64,000 bases of DNA from the human T2T-CHM13v2.0 reference genome, Homo sapiens, in NCBI RefSeq assembly GCF_009914755.1, contig NC_060932.1; one strand, given 5' to 3'. The position numbers and the translations under genes were made by a program. Positions 29,480 through 45,790 of this stretch are shown here, in pieces; the first letter of the stretch is position 1, and the number at the start of each line of letters is the position of its first letter. The notes below the pieces were generated by a model, which was given only the letters and a program-made list of their open reading frames with translations, was not told where the DNA came from and ran no database searches.

Positions 29480-29605
29480 GCCTGGGTGTGGTGGTTCATG
29501 CTCATGGACTTTGGGAGGCTGAGGTAGGAGGATTGCTTGAGTTTAGCTGGAGACCAGCCTGGGCAACATAACAAGACTCCATCTCTATATTTTATTATAA
29601 TAAAA
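29480..29605 (+). mobile_element. FLAM / Alu left monomer
   Basis: gcctgggtgtggtggttcatgc...ggaggctgaggtaggaggattgcttgag...gaccagcctgggcaacataacaagactccatctc. Confidence 0.85.
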
Positions 29606-29934
29606 TGTTTTTTTTTTTAAGAACATGATTTCATTCTTTTTCTCTACGTATGGTTTGCAAACAAACCTTTGCCTCAGTCCCATTAGTTCCCCCTTCCAAA
29701 TAGGGTTTTTCATTTTTTATATAGAGAAGTATAGATTTAAGAGTAAAGAGGAAATATATAGATTCTCGCCTATAGCAGCAGTCAATAATTGGTGAATAAA
29801 TATGCGGATCAAGTTGAATAAAATTCCTCTCAAAACTCTGATAATAAGCACTTTGCATATCTCAATATTGCAATAGCTGTTGAATTATTCTAAATTCAAA
29901 TGAAACACATTTTGAATGTCTCTGTTTAGTACAT

Positions 29935-30320
29935 GTGGTAGATCATATTATTGTTCTATATGTTTGTTGCATCCCGTTGGGAGAATATTATATATCCCCT
30001 CCAATTTCTACCTTGTTCATGTTGCATTTGGCCATCAAATTGATTTTGGCCAAGCTACTTTTCCTTGCATGAGTGAAAGTGGTATGAAATTCTTCTTTGC
30101 AGGAAGCCATTGCATGGCTATGCCCTCATTCTTTTCCATTAGCTAATAGGCCAGAATGTCTCATAGGGTCTAATTCCTTCAGCTGCACCCTGGGATGAAC
30201 AGAGCAACAACAAAATCATCATCAAAATGCAAGGCAAGCAAGAAATAAAAATTTTTTAACATTTAATTTTAATGTTGGAGTAATTTATTTTTGCATAACC
30301 TAGTGAAAACCAGCTAATAC
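29935..30320 (+). mobile_element. Old MLT1-type LTR
   Basis: tgtggtagat... to ...gcataacctagtgaaaaccagctaataca. Confidence 0.55.
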
Positions 30321-30699
30321 ACTACGGAAACATGTTTAAATGAGAATTAAGAATATTTCAGGTTTTTTCTGGACAGCTTTTTGAAGAAGACCAGGGCTTT
30401 CCTGTCATCCTCTATCCATCTTTACATATAATTGACAAGGCTGGTTTAAATATATAATCCTTTCAGACTGGGAAGTGGCTGAACCAATCTCATGAACAAA
30501 TAGCTGGCCACTTGCTTTGTTTTTCCTTCCATGTTGTGGGTCCATAACATGGTATAATTATAAGAGCCATATTAATCAGGAATTTGGGTTGTGATCTCCA
30601 CTTTGATGGAGGTTAGAATTTAACAATGGGCAAAACACTTAACCTCACTTTGCTTCAATTTCATCCCATAGAAGAGGGTTATGGTCATGTATTTCCTAC

Positions 30700-31310
30700 T
30701 TCAGATCTTTGCAAAGGCTGTTTCTGTTGCCTGGAATGTTCTCACTTCTGCTCATCCCTGACTGGCTTAATCTCCTTCAGGTCTTAAATTCAAAGTCCTA
30801 TTGGTAGGGATGGCTTTTCTGATCCTGACTACCTTATTTAACTAGCTTTCCATTCTCCTTTCTGCTCTGTGATATGGCCCTGTTTGGCTACTATACAGCA
30901 TGTATTTCAATTTTTAACTATTTATTTGTTTGTTTACTTTGTTATTGTCTGATTTTGTAAGGCAATGTGCCCCTTGAGATGAGACGTATTATCTTATGCA
31001 TCACTGTAGTTCCAGCATAGACCACAGTGTATGACATAAAGCAGGGGCTCAAATATTTTGAGTAAATAAGTAAATAATAATGGCCCATACTTACGTAACA
31101 CTGAATACATGCAAGCACTGGTCTAAGAACCTCATGCATATTAACACATTTATTCTCAATAAACCCTATGAGGCAGAAAAACTATTACTATCTCCATTTT
31201 ACAAATGGTAAATAGAAGCTAAAAGATTTTATGTAAATTTCCCAAGATCACACAGCTGGTAGATTGCAGAGTCAGGCATCAAAACTAGTGAATCTATGTG
31301 TCCTTAACAT
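30700..31310. mobile_element. L2 3' fragment followed by a MIR
   Basis: ctgtttctgttgcctggaatgttct...aaatattttgagtaaataagtaaat (L2); ccctatgaggcag..tatctccattttacaaatg...cccaagatcacacagctggt (MIR). Confidence 0.6.
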
Positions 31311-31627
31311 ATACACTCTTTATCTTACACAGTGGTTGTAAATGAACATTGAAAGAAATATGTATGTGAAAGTGGTTTCTGTAAAGTTTATGCAAGTATC
31401 CTAACATAAATATTAGTATTTGTAGCCAAGTTATTTTTGCAACCTTTGCTAGACCTCAGCAAACATCAGAAAAGGTGATGTGTAGAGCTCCCCTTTCAGC
31501 AATTAGTTTTCAGCCTTTCTGAGTCAAAAATGTAAAGGCCAAGTAATTTTGAATGAAATGTTGAATCATAGAAATGTCAACATGAAGATTAGTTTCTTGT
31601 AGCTCTGCTCAACATTTTAAAAAACTA

Positions 31628-31737
31628 TACCTGGGTGATGAAACAACATACACAACAAATCCCTGTGACATGTGTTTATCTATGTAACAACCCCTCACGT
31701 GTACCCCCAAATTTAAAAGTTAAAAGAAAAAAAAGAC
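31628..31737 (+). mobile_element. Short L1PA 3'-end fragment
   Basis: tacctgggtgatgaaacaa...ccctgtgacatgtgtttatctatgtaacaacc...gtacccccaaatttaaaagttaaaa. Confidence 0.75.
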
Positions 31738-31961
31738 AAAGAAGATACTCCAAAGCAGAAATTTTCTGAATCTCAAAACTGTTTGATGTCAAAAACAAAA
31801 CAAAACAACAAATAACTATTGGATAATAACAAAAAATCAATTCATCGAAAATGTTTTTCATCTTCATACGTGTGTTGGGACCTAAAGATTCAAAGATGAG
31901 TAAGTCACAGGCTCTAATTTCAAGCAGTTCACAGTTGAGAAAGGAAACATATACAGAGTTA

Positions 31962-32135
31962 TAGTCTTCCTACTCAAAGTGGCCTGTGATAGTAGCATCA
32001 GCATGCATAACCTAGGAACTTACTAGAAATCCAGACTTTCAGATCTCACCATCTCAGAACAACTGAATCGGAATCTGCATCTTACCAGAATACCTAGGTG
32101 ACTGTATGAGCATTATAGAGTTGACAAGCTGAGTT
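31962..32135. mobile_element. MER5A hAT element
   Basis: ctactcaaagtgg...agcatcagcat..cctaggaacttactagaaat...actgaatcggaatctgcatcttacc. Confidence 0.7.
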
Positions 32136-34944
32136 TTAACAGATGTTACAAGTGGCATATTAGAGTACCTGTAAATTACCATGAAAACACAGAGAATGAA
32201 ACACTAGCCTGAAGGAGAGGATGCGGATGTGGGTGTTTCCAAAAAAAAGGCTTCCCAGTGAAGGTGCAATATGGCAGATGCTTGAAAAAAGAATAGTGTT
32301 TTTTAAGGATGATTAAAAAGAAAAGTGCATCCTAAAAGGAAGATTGGGGCAAGTAGGTAGACAGCGTGTGTATGCTGAGTTCTGAGAGCTTCTAAGTAGT
32401 TCAGTCCACTTGGAAGTAAGGGAGAATTAGTGTCAAGAGTTGAAGAAGAGGCAAATAAGGGGGAAATTTTGAAAGCCTTGATTCCACACTAGAGCATTTT
32501 CCACATTAAAACTGTATGTGGGTGGGAGAAAAAGAAGATTGGTTTGTTGTTGTTGTTGTTTTACTTTAGGAAGATCACTCTGGTTGCCATGTGGCAGGTG
32601 GATTGCACAGAGAAAAAGAGAAAGAAGGGATGATTGTGAAATGTTCAAAAGACATAAAGCTGGGTGGAGTAGTTACAATAATAGATGACAAAAGCAACAT
32701 TCCTAATGATTTCACCAGATTTAGATATTGAATTTAACCAATAGGACAAAATTCAACAGGAAAAAAATATACATAAAATTCAGCATTTGTGTTTGTGTGT
32801 GTGTGTGTGTTTAAATCAGTTGAGAAAGTGCAAGAGAGAGGTAAACATTTTTGACATGGCTTGTAAAAAATTCCCCAAATGTGATGGTGGATGTAATCAT
32901 AATTTAGTTGACCACAAGTTAAGCCTGGGCCAATGTTTCACTCATCAGCATAGTGTTTGGTAAAATATCTCACCCACGGGAAGTAACTGTTTCTCTTTTC
33001 TGACCACTGTCTCTCATTTGTACCTTTCTTCACCCACAACTCCACAACCGTATCAAAAGCCACGTCTATTAATCTCAGAGGGTCTAAGAATGAACATGCT
33101 TACCCTTGGACAGGATATCAGGAAAAATGTAGGCTTTCTCATAGTGGCTTTTAATATATTGAACCACTATATGTGCTTTTCAAAATGTATTTGAATTACA
33201 TGCTTGCTGTTGACCATGGAAGAGAGAAGAAATCCCCTTGAATAAATGCTTTCTTTTATTTCTTGTATTCCTAGTTCCTAGCACAGTGCCTGACACAGTC
33301 CAAGCATTTAATATCAAAAAGGGGATGAATAAGTAGATGAATGAATGAAATGAATGAATGTATGAATGAGGAGAGTTAAAAAGAGCATTACTGTGAAAGA
33401 GTCAAAGAGGGCACATGTAGATGTACATTCCACATAAGGGCATGGGAGAGCAAATGTAACATGTCATTAAAAAAATACACAACTCTGCCATTTTCTGCTC
33501 TGAAAAATGAATGGTCCATTAGCAATACCTTAGCTCTTTCTACAACCCCCAAATCATATGTGCACACCCAGCAAAAATTTTCCTTACTGAACTTCCTTGC
33601 AGCCTCAGCTGCCTTTCCCTGGAGCCTCCCTCCTCTGTCATCTGTGAGGGATTTGTGTCCCTCCCTGGGAGTTTTTCCCTGGGAGCAGTCACTGGAGCCA
33701 TGCCTCTGGAGTCCATTCTTCTGGCTTAAGCACAGCTGGGCGTCAGATGTCAGAGCCCCAGGATGGTAAACATGCAGTGTCTGTACATTCAGGTTAGAAA
33801 GCTGTGAGTGCCCTGTCTGGCAGCCAGAATACAGGACTGTAAACAAGAACACATGATGAAAGCTCTGTTAGGGGATGAACTTTGGGCTGTAGTCTCAGAT
33901 TTCTGAAAGCCCTCTCTACACAATTTTGTGAGAAACACAGAGGTCTGGAGTTGCTATCCGCTCCTCAGTGTTAGGGAAGCCATTTCTAGATTTCACCATC
34001 CTGCCTGAAGGGTGCTTTATTACCAGTCTTATTATTAAATGTTTACTTGATAATCCAAAATAATGGCACAAAATCTAAATGCATTTTATGGAACTTTTTG
34101 AAAGCCATGCAAGCAAAATCATAGCCAAGCAAAGATTCTGCTCCCCATGAACGTGTAGTGAATTCCTCTTGGTGCCAAAAACTTGCATGACATTCTTTAA
34201 TGTTTAAAATGATATTTAGTCTTTGCTTTATTGTGTGTTTTGACAGTGGAGTGTTCCTTGCCTTTTTAGCATAGCAAGAGCAATTGGGCAGGGATAGGAG
34301 TGAGGTAGTTCTTGGCTCTTTAAATAAGCCAAGCCCCATAGCCACAATTATACCAGGAAAATGGGTTTAATTCCTCCTTTGGGAGGCATTAGAAATGTCT
34401 GGGAGTACATTTTGGGAGGAATGAGAATAGTCACAAAATATATGCTCTGCCCTTTGAAACTAGAGAAGTCAACTGGTGAATGTTTTTGTTATTCTTTTTC
34501 CATGCCTGTCCTCAATTTTATTATTCTCTTTACAACCTCTTTTTGCTCATTAGTTACTATTGTTACTGTTAGTAGTAGCAGTAGTAATAGTAACATATTA
34601 CTACTGTGTATTTATAAATAGTAACTTCGACCTTTCATTGAATATGTGCTACATAATAATCATCTTAATCTTACAAAAATCCTAGACTCAAAGTCTGGCC
34701 TATTCATGGTCAGTGGTCAATCATCATAGTAACTACAGGAGTTCTGAATAACGGGTATGCTCACATTTAAGTAGGGGTGGCATATTGATTGTAAGTCACC
34801 TGTATTTTCTTTAAAGCAACTATGTTAGAGAACTGTTGCTGGTATTCAGCCCCAGAGCAACTTTTCTTTACTCTCCTTTGTACTGCTGAGACTGGAAACT
34901 GGAAAACTACATTTCCCGGTTTCCTTTGCCAATTACATATCAAC

Positions 34945-35036
34945 AGGACTAGTTTGCCTGGGTTTCCAGGAATGTAAGATTTTCACTGCTAAAACTTGAA
35001 AATTCCTTGGCAAATGAGGATGAATTGATCACCTTA
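34945..35036 (-). mobile_element. MER81-like hAT-Blackjack element inside an old LTR (~34830-35390)
   Basis: Reverse complement reads taaggtgatcaattcatcctcatttgccaaggaattttcaagttttagcagtgaaa. Confidence 0.55.
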
Positions 35037-35949
35037 CTTGCCAGTTACATTTATATTAGATGAGCGGGAAGCACTTACATGGGATTAGAAGGCCTGAGGA
35101 AGGTAGATGACATTTCAATTACTGGCAGCAGCATTGACAGGTATGTGGCCTTATGGTTTCCTAATCAACAGCAGCAGCAGCAGCATCTCTAAGAGTGTCA
35201 TGGAGAATGCCAGCTCCTGGAATCTGTAGTGAAAATAGAGGCTCCCTGTGGCTACAGGCTTCTGTGTAACATCAGCTTTCCTCTTTTGTTTCTTCAGCCA
35301 TTCTAATATTTTGTAAATGATACCCTATATTAAATCCCCTTCTGCCTGAAATACCTTCAGTGATTTCTATTTCCCTGATTGGACATTGATAGAGAGCCCC
35401 ATTGAAAGATTGCTTCTGAATAAATGGAGCAACTAGAGTTAGTAGGGATGTGAAATGCTAATCAGAAAAACTGTAGAAAAAGCTCAATCAAATAGATTTT
35501 TCCAAGATGGCAGAAGGTCAGGGAATAGGGATGATGTAACTAGGAGAACACATGAAGACTCAGGTTACCAGCACTGTAGCAGCAATTTATTCTAAGTCTT
35601 TCTAGGTCTCTGTAAATAAGCTCTGGCTATCCTCCCAAGATTGACCCAAGAATCCCAAGACTCCGAGACCTATTCTTGGAGCCCATTAAAAATCAGAACT
35701 CTGAGGAACAAAGAAAGATGGATGAGATTGTTCCCACATCTCTACTTCTTTCTAAGTTATGACATCCTCTGATGGGATAGATGGACTTCATTGTTGCTCC
35801 CTGAAAATTTCCTCTGCATAGTATTTCATCATATATAATAATAGTGTTTTAACTACATGCCTCTCTCCGATATTGAATTGTCAGCTCCTTAGAAATATAA
35901 TTTTACATCTTCAAGGCTTAATAGTGCTTGGTGTATAAAATGATATTTA

Positions 35950-36390
35950 ATGATTTCCCATTTCATTCAGAATAAAATTCAAAACCCTTACCAAAGGCAC
36001 TCATGATATGAATCCTTGCCACTGTCCTAAACTCGTCTATTATTTTTTTCCTTAATCATTTTGCTTCAGCCATACAGGCAAGGTATTAATGTTCCCCTAC
36101 CATGTCAAATTTGTTTCTATTTTATGGTCTTTGCAATTATTTTTTAAAAGTTGTCCAAAATACTTTAAAACTAGATGGCTACATGGCTTGCCCCCTTCCT
36201 TCTGATCTCTGTACAAATGATATCTTTACAGAGACACTTTCCCTGACCACTCAATATAAAAACTAACTAACTAAACACAACAACAGCAAAACCTGTCCTT
36301 TGTGCTGTTTTGTTTTACTCCATAACACTTTTCAACATCACCTCAAATATATATTTACTTAGTAGCTATTATTGTTTCTTCCTCTTAACA
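35950..36390 (+). mobile_element. L2 3' fragment
   Basis: cccatttcattcagaataaaattcaaaacccttacc...ttcagccatacagg...caaatgatatctttacagagacactttccctgaccac. Confidence 0.6.
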
Positions 36391-36454
36391 GCATATAGTC
36401 TGCTTCTTAAATAGTGGTAGGAGATAATATATAGGCATAGAGGTTGGCGTAACA

Positions 36455-37506
36455 ATAAAAATTAAAAATACAAAAATAAGAAACAAATGACCTGATTTAA
36501 AAATGCCCAAAGATTTTAACAGATACCTCACCAAAAAAGATATATGAATGAAAATAAGCAAACGAAAGATGTTCTGCCTCATATGTCATCATGGAAATGC
36601 AAATTAAAACAACAATTAGATACCAATACACACCTATTAGAATGGCCAAAATCCAGAACGCTGATATCACCAAATACTGACAAGGATGTGAACCAAAAGC
36701 AACACACATTCGTGGCTGGTGGAAATGCAAAATGCTACAGCCACTTTGGGAGACAGTTTGGAGGTTTCTTCCAAAGCTAAACATACTCATACCATATGTT
36801 TCAGAAATTGTGATAATTGGTATTTACCCAAAGGAGATAAAGACTAAGTCCGCATGAAAGCGTGCATACAGATATTTCTAGCAGCTTTATTCATAATCAC
36901 CAAAACTTGGAAGCAACTAACATGTCCTTTGGTAAGTGAATGAATAAACTCTGGTACATCCTGATCATGGAATATTGCTCGGCATTAAAAAAAATATAGC
37001 TATCAAGTCATGAAAACACATGGTGAAAACTTAAATGAATATGATACTAAATGAAAGAAACCAATCCAAAAGACTAATATACTGTATAATTCCAACTATA
37101 TGACATTCTGGAAAAGGTAATACTATGGAGACAGTAAAAAGATCAGTGGTTGCCAGGGCTTAGTGGAGAGAGAGGAATGGAGAGGCATAGCAAAGAGGAA
37201 TTTTAGAGCAGTGAAATTGATCTGTATGACATTCAAATGGTGAATTCATGTTATTATGAATTTCCTAAACCGACAGAATGTACAGCACCAAGAATGAACC
37301 CTAAATGTAAACTATGGATGTTGACTGGTAATATGTCAATGTAAGTTAATCAGTTATAACAAATATACTACTGCAATAGGGGATGCTGGTAATGGGGGAA
37401 GCTGTGACTATGTGGGGGTAGGAGCATATGAAAAATCTCTGTACCTTCCTTTCAATTTATTTTGTAAACTTAAAAATGCTCTAAAAATAAAGTATATTTT
37501 TAAAAA
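36455..37506 (+). mobile_element. L1MC1/2-like LINE 3' end
   Basis: Degenerate ORF2 C-terminus (ggaaatgcaaattaaaacaacaattagatacc) and 3'UTR gaatgtacagcaccaagaatgaaccctaaatgtaaactatgga...ctctaaaaataaagt. Confidence 0.8.
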
Positions 37507-40247
37507 ATTAACACAGCTAATTTCCAACACAATCTCATTACAGATAAAAAATATTTACAAGTAACCACTTCTAAGTCATTTAAAACTCAAATACAAATTC
37601 CTAGAAGGGGTAATTTAAACTGAAATATTAACAAAATCATAAGTAGGTTTCATTGCAATGCACCTTTCCTTGACATAACCTGGCCTCTAAGATTTCATAG
37701 CAATGAGATATCATAATTATGTATGCATGCATAGATTCTTTTATTCATTCACAGATATTTAATGACTGTGTATTGTCTGTCAAGTCACAGGCACTATACA
37801 TGGTGAACAAAAATAGGTGTAGTTTCTGCCTTTACATCTAGTGGCAGAGACAACCAATAAAATCATCAAGAAGACAAATGAGAAACTGATGTCGTGAAAG
37901 GTGCAAAGATGAAGTAAGCTTTGCTACAGAAGTTAGGAAAGGTGTCCCTTAAAAATGAGACAGTCGAAGAGACGAGATGGAGATAACTGCATTGAAAACC
38001 AATCTGACAGCCTCTCATTAAAATAGCAAACACTAGAGGAAGACTAAATTGTGTGGAATGGTCATAATTTTGGTATGTTTTAGACATGTGAGGTATGTTC
38101 TGTTCTATACTAGTGCTGGTAGAAATTAACACTCAGATGTGTTTAAAAATATAGTGCATCATAAAAAACAAACCACCAGAATAAGAAAAAGATCTTAATG
38201 ATTTAAACTATGACAGTTTGAAAACATTCAATAGGAGGATTGCAAAAAGTCAATGAAATTTCCAAAGTATGAAGCAAAAAACAGACATGGAATATACATA
38301 AAAATATTAGAATAAATAGAAATAGTCCTATTAGTCAATATACTGTAAATAAAAAGCACAGAAAGAAAAAAATGAAGAAAACAAAAATGAAAGATTTATT
38401 AAATTATAGAAAAATTTCCCACAGTTAATACAGAACACACTTCAGATTCAAGAACCCACCTCAGGTCTGTTAGTAAGGAACACTTCTTTCCTATTTGTGA
38501 TATTTTTTTCTAAGAAAAAAAAATTTACTGTTACTCAAAGCTTCCTTTTACCTGTTCCTTTGCCCCAGGGGACATGGAGTAATTTATATTATTGATAACT
38601 TTGTGATGATAAAACCGACAATTGCTCAGCTCTGTCTTGCTTTTACTCAGGAGCAAATTCTCCATGTCAAGTTGGCTGGTATCCCCCTTGGCTCCTCTAG
38701 GGAGATACTCTGTCACTGTGAGGGGTAGAATAGGTTGTCCCAGTGCAGCAGCATTATACCCTCCTAATTTTGTCTAAATGTTAGGAAGCCACTGGACTCT
38801 GATATTAAAGTGCATTCTCTAAAGATGCCATAATACTGTGGCCTGTAACTAGACTTTAAAAAAAAAATCTATTGACTGAGAATCTGCATAGGAAAAAGTG
38901 CTATCAATCAGTCTCTTAAGAGACCACAAATTTAAAAAAGACACACATCCCTGTGTACATTCTGATTATTTATCCAAACACCAAAAATTAAGAAAAGCAT
39001 CTAAAATTTTGCAGACTAAAATAAAAAAAAAATCACTACCAAAGAAGCATTAATCAGGCTAATATTATGATCTTCATCAATAATACTAGATGTGGAAGTA
39101 GATGAAAAAATTTCTTCAGATTTATGAGAAAAAATATTTTCAATCTTGAAATTCTATATCCATGAATTATGAATCAAGTGTGAGTGTGGCATAAAGGCAT
39201 TCATGATTCATGAAGTTTACTTTTCATTCACTCTTGTCTTAGGAAGTTACTTAAATATAGACTAAAAAAATCAGGAATATAAACAAAAATTCAAAGATAT
39301 CAGATCCATGTTACAGCAAGTCTAATTTAGCATTAAAGGGATGTAGGTTTCAGGATAATTCCTGTCAGACCCAATAACTCAGATTGATGTAGAAAGATGA
39401 TGTTATGGGAAAAGGGGTGAAATATTTTAAGAAAAAATGTGGGGTTGAATAAAGTAGAAAGTCATTTAAAACATGGAAAGCTGAAGATTTGGTAAATGCA
39501 AATAATGTTCTTAAAAGACAATAGAAATCAACAGAATGAACAAAGAGATATTCAGAAAACGTCATGATTCAAATATAAAGCAAACATAACTTTTAAGTAA
39601 GTGTTGGGCATAAAAAAAAACAGTCCTTTGGACATTAATGGTAAAACAAATTTCTTTTGAGTGCTCCAGGAATCATAGCATTGTGTATAAGAAAGGAAAT
39701 AAAATCCTAGCATATGATGCCTCTTAGCCATTAATAGTAATCTCATACTTATTAATATAAATGTTTTTATGATGTTTTAATACTTAGAGTAATTTCATGG
39801 ATAAAGTTGAAAGCTTGATTATAGTTGTAAGATGAAGAATAAGTGTCCACCAAGTATAAGTGCAGTTGACGGAGAGTGGAATAGAATGAGTGTTTTTGTG
39901 TTGGGGAATGAGTAGGGTGAGAGGAAATGTGGAGGGAAGTAATCTAACATCTTCACCCTGTGGGTCTGGCTTTGGTTGAAAACCCAAGTCTCCTACCAAC
40001 CAGCCTCTCTGACCTCCAATTTCTTCATCTACCAAATGTCCATGCTATTAATTCCTTCCTCCAGGTTTGTTGTTAAGATTGTATTAGGACAATAATTGCA
40101 AAAATCACTATGAATTACAATTTCCTACAGAATTATAGTTATTAGTTACACAAAGAAAAAGCACCATTTTTATATTGCATAATTTTCATCTCTCTGCTTT
40201 TCTAAAAGCATTGTTGTAAGCCTGATGGGGAATACAGAGATGAAAAA

Positions 40248-40304
40248 AAATATCACTAGAAAGAAAAGAGTTCCTATTCAAGAATCTTCTTTCTAGTGAT
40301 ATTT
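40248..40304. repeat. Perfect 18-bp inverted repeat with a 21-bp spacer
   Basis: aaatatcactagaaagaa (40248-40265) / ttctttctagtgatattt (40287-40304). Confidence 0.95.
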
Positions 40305-40564
40305 GCTCACAAACTTGAGAGGGAAAAAAAAGTATGAATCAAATGCATGAAATTAAAATTGTTTGGAAAAAGGATATGGATTACTTCTGGTTGAGAACCT
40401 CGAAGAAAGCATCATGCAAAAGACAGGAACACTTGAACTATATCCCGAAAGATGTTTGGACATTGCAGAAGTTTGGATTACAGCCAGATATTCCAAGTAT
40501 AGAGAGCAGGTGACAAAAGGTGCCTCAGGATACTTGAAGGTGAATGGAGAATGTAATTACTAAT

Positions 40565-40693
40565 TCATGAGGGATTAGTAATTCATAAGGGATCTGGCCC
40601 CAAGATCCAATCACCTCCCTCCAGACCCCACCTCCAATACAGGGGATTACAATTCAACATGAGATTTGGGTGTAGCCTACAAACAATATTAAT
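40565..40693 (-). mobile_element. MST-type MaLR LTR 5' fragment
   Basis: gatccaatcacctccctccagaccccacctccaatacaggggattacaattcaacatgagatttgggtg. Confidence 0.75.
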
Positions 40694-40699
40694 ACGTTT

Positions 40700-42590
<1,891 letters not shown>

Positions 42591-43094
42591 TGACTCACTT
42601 TTACACGAGGAATATTAGTATTTAAAGCAACAACTGAAACAATGGGGGATGAGTATTATATAACACACGAATTAAGAAAGAAATTACAGACCTCCAATTT
42701 TGGAGAAAATAATGAGTCAAACATTGTTTTGTTATGAGCAAAACATACTCTGCTTTATTATTTATTTACTCTTCCTCAACTTGAAACTTTTAAAAGTTAG
42801 ATAATATATGTATTATAATCATAAAATGTTTATGCTAATTATACTTACATAATTGTATTAATTAATTTTATATGTACATATATATTTAACCCTAGACATA
42901 CTAAACGCATATCTCTAGGGGTTGGTTCTACTAATTTTTGTTTAAGGAAAACTGAAAACTTCCATGTAATTCTCTGTATTTATGGAACATGACCACAGAA
43001 CATACTCTAAGAAATTTCCAAATGAACTAAAGAGTTAAATGATATGGATTGGCTCTCTGTCCCTACCCAAACCTCATCTCATCTTGTTAACTGA

Positions 43095-43364
<270 letters not shown>

Positions 43365-44288
43365 TGTTAACTGATTTATATAGGAGTACAGCTAGTTACG
43401 TGTATAGAATAGAATTGGTAGGGGACTTCAAAAAAACAAAAAATTGAGACGTTTTTATAGTAAGGTGGAGATAGACTTTTCTCATTAAAATATTTCCTTT
43501 ATATTTGTTATAAGGCTGTTAGAAAGCTGGAAAAATAGAAAATAACTAAAGATATTTGTTCAATGATGAACATTAGGATTTATAATCCAAATTTCTTTTA
43601 AATAACTGCAAAACACAAATGAAAAAGAAAAGCTTGTTGAGAAATATAATGAAGTCCTAATCCTAGAGCAAGGGAGGAAACAAATCTGACAATCAAAAAG
43701 AGATTGACTGTGGTTTATTAGGTGCTATAGATTAAATATTTGTGTTCCCTCCCTGCCCACTCTTCAATTCATATGCTGAAATCTTAACCTCCAAGGTGGT
43801 GGTAGTAGGAGGTGGATTCGAGAGGTGATTTGTCATGAGGGCCAAGCCCTCATTAATGGGTTTAAAGCCCTTTTCCCTTTCTGCAATGTGAATACACAGT
43901 GAGAAGACAGTTGTCTGTCTGTGAAATGTGAAATGAGCCCTTATAAGATGCCAAATCCGCCTCCATCCTGATCTTGAACTTCCTGCCTCAAGAACTGTGA
44001 GAAATGTTTATTGCTCCTGAGGCAGTCAGTCTATGGCAATTTGTTGTAGCAGCCTGGATAGGCTAAAGCAAACATTGGTGCTGAAAAGTGGAGTGCTGCT
44101 ATAACAAGTATCTAGAAATGCAGGACTGGCTTTGGCACTGGGTAAAAGATCGAAGCTGGAGAGTTTGAGGTGCATAAAGAAAAAGCTTATATTGCCATGA
44201 ATAGATTCTTAGGGGCAATTCTGATGAGGACTCAGGAGAGGAGGAGGGGTTTGGAGAAAGCCTAAATCTTCTTAGAAAATACCTAAGT

Positions 44289-44594
44289 GACCGGGCGCAG
44301 TGGCTCATGCCTGTAAACCCAGCACTTTGGGAGGCTGAGGCGGGCAGATCGCCTGAGGTCAGGAGTTCGAGACCAGCCTGGCCAACATGGTGAAGCCCTG
44401 TCTCTACTAAAAATACAAAAATTGACTGGGCATGGTGGTGGGCTCCTGTAATCCCAGCTAGTCAGGAAGCTGAAGCAGGAGAATCGCTTGAACGTAGGAG
44501 GCAGAGGTTGGAATGAGCCAAGATCATGCCACTGCACTCCAGCCTGACAACAGAGCAAGAATGTCTCAAACAAAACAAAACAAAACCAAAAAAA
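44289..44594 (+). mobile_element. AluSx inside the MaLR internal region
   Basis: cgcctgaggtcaggagttcgagaccagcctggccaacatggtg; (CAAAA)n tail; flanking cctaagt(gacc) duplicated. Confidence 0.92.
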
Positions 44595-45084
44595 CCCTAA
44601 GTGACCCTGAACAAAATGTTAGTAGAAATATGGCTGATAAAGGTCATTCTTATGAGATCTCAGACAAAAATGAGGAACATGTTTTTGAATCACGAAGGAA
44701 AGGCCGTCTTTGTTATAAAGTACTAAAGAACTTGGTTGAATTGTGTTCGTGTCCTAGTGTTTCATGGAAAGTAGAACTTGTGAGTGAAGAAATTGGGTAT
44801 TTTGCTGAGGACATGTCTGAGCAAAGTGTTGAAGGTCTTTACTGAATTCTCTTGACTGCTTATAGAAACCTGTGAGAAGAGGGGAAATGACTTAAAGATG
44901 GGATTGTTAATCACAATGGAAACAGAAATTTAAGATTAGAAAATTTGTAGCCTATCCATAATATAAAAATCAAGAAAGCATGGTCAGAAGAGAACTCTCA
45001 GGGTGTGGATAAATGGCCATCTGATAGAGATTAGTTAGTCATCTGAACAGCAGCCAGAAGTTATTGTTCAAGACAAGGGAAGAA

Positions 45085-45790
45085 TGTAAAGGAGGGACCC
45101 CTGTGCCTCTGGGACTTTGGGGACACACTTCCCAGTGACAGTCACATTGCAGGCTTTGCTCCCTTCACTCCAGCACTGTACTCCTCATCCACCCCAGTTG
45201 TGGTTCTGGTGAGTCTGGATGTGGCACAGGCCACAGTGGTTGTGCCTCTGATGGGTGTAGTCTCTGCAAGTGTGTAAAGTGCATAAGCCTGGGGGTCATA
45301 TGCAGGAAGACAGGTTCCTGGGTGATCTTGGCTGGCCCAACCAATCCCCTTCTTGCTTGCAACTGTTGGGCAGAATATACTGAGAATGCAACATCCTGAG
45401 ATAAGAAGGAAGAGTTCAATACAGCCTGGACTATCTTTGCATCCCTCCTGGAAGAGGACCTCCTGCAGCACTTTAGGCCAGCAATCCAAGTAGCCCCTAG
45501 GGTATAAAAACCCAGAGCAGAATGGTTTCAGGGTCTTTCATCTGTAGTGCAAAGCAGCGCACTTGCAGACAAGATCTCATCCATCTTGGAAAGCTTTCCT
45601 GAGCCTTGGGGGAACCAGTTTACCATGGATCCTAGGCTTTCCATTGATTCTTATTGCCTATCTGTGAGTAATAAAGTTGCTTTGCCTGATGGGCTGTGTA
45701 AGTGTTCTGTCTCACTGGATTTATACTCTGCCAGTTGGGTTTGTGCAAAATCTCTGGCAGCTGCATTTGTATAAAACCTTCTGCCAGATC
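45085..45790 (+). mobile_element. Probable LTR nested in the MaLR internal region (family uncertain)
   Basis: TG start (tgtaaaggaggg), TATA-like gggtataaaaaccc at ~45500, AATAAA at ~45670; end boundary uncertain. Confidence 0.45.

Noticed and set aside
33388-33852. 154-aa minus-strand ORF and overlapping 102-aa plus-strand ORF
   Set aside because: No recognisable domain or convincing exon structure; lengths are compatible with chance in a slightly GC-richer patch.
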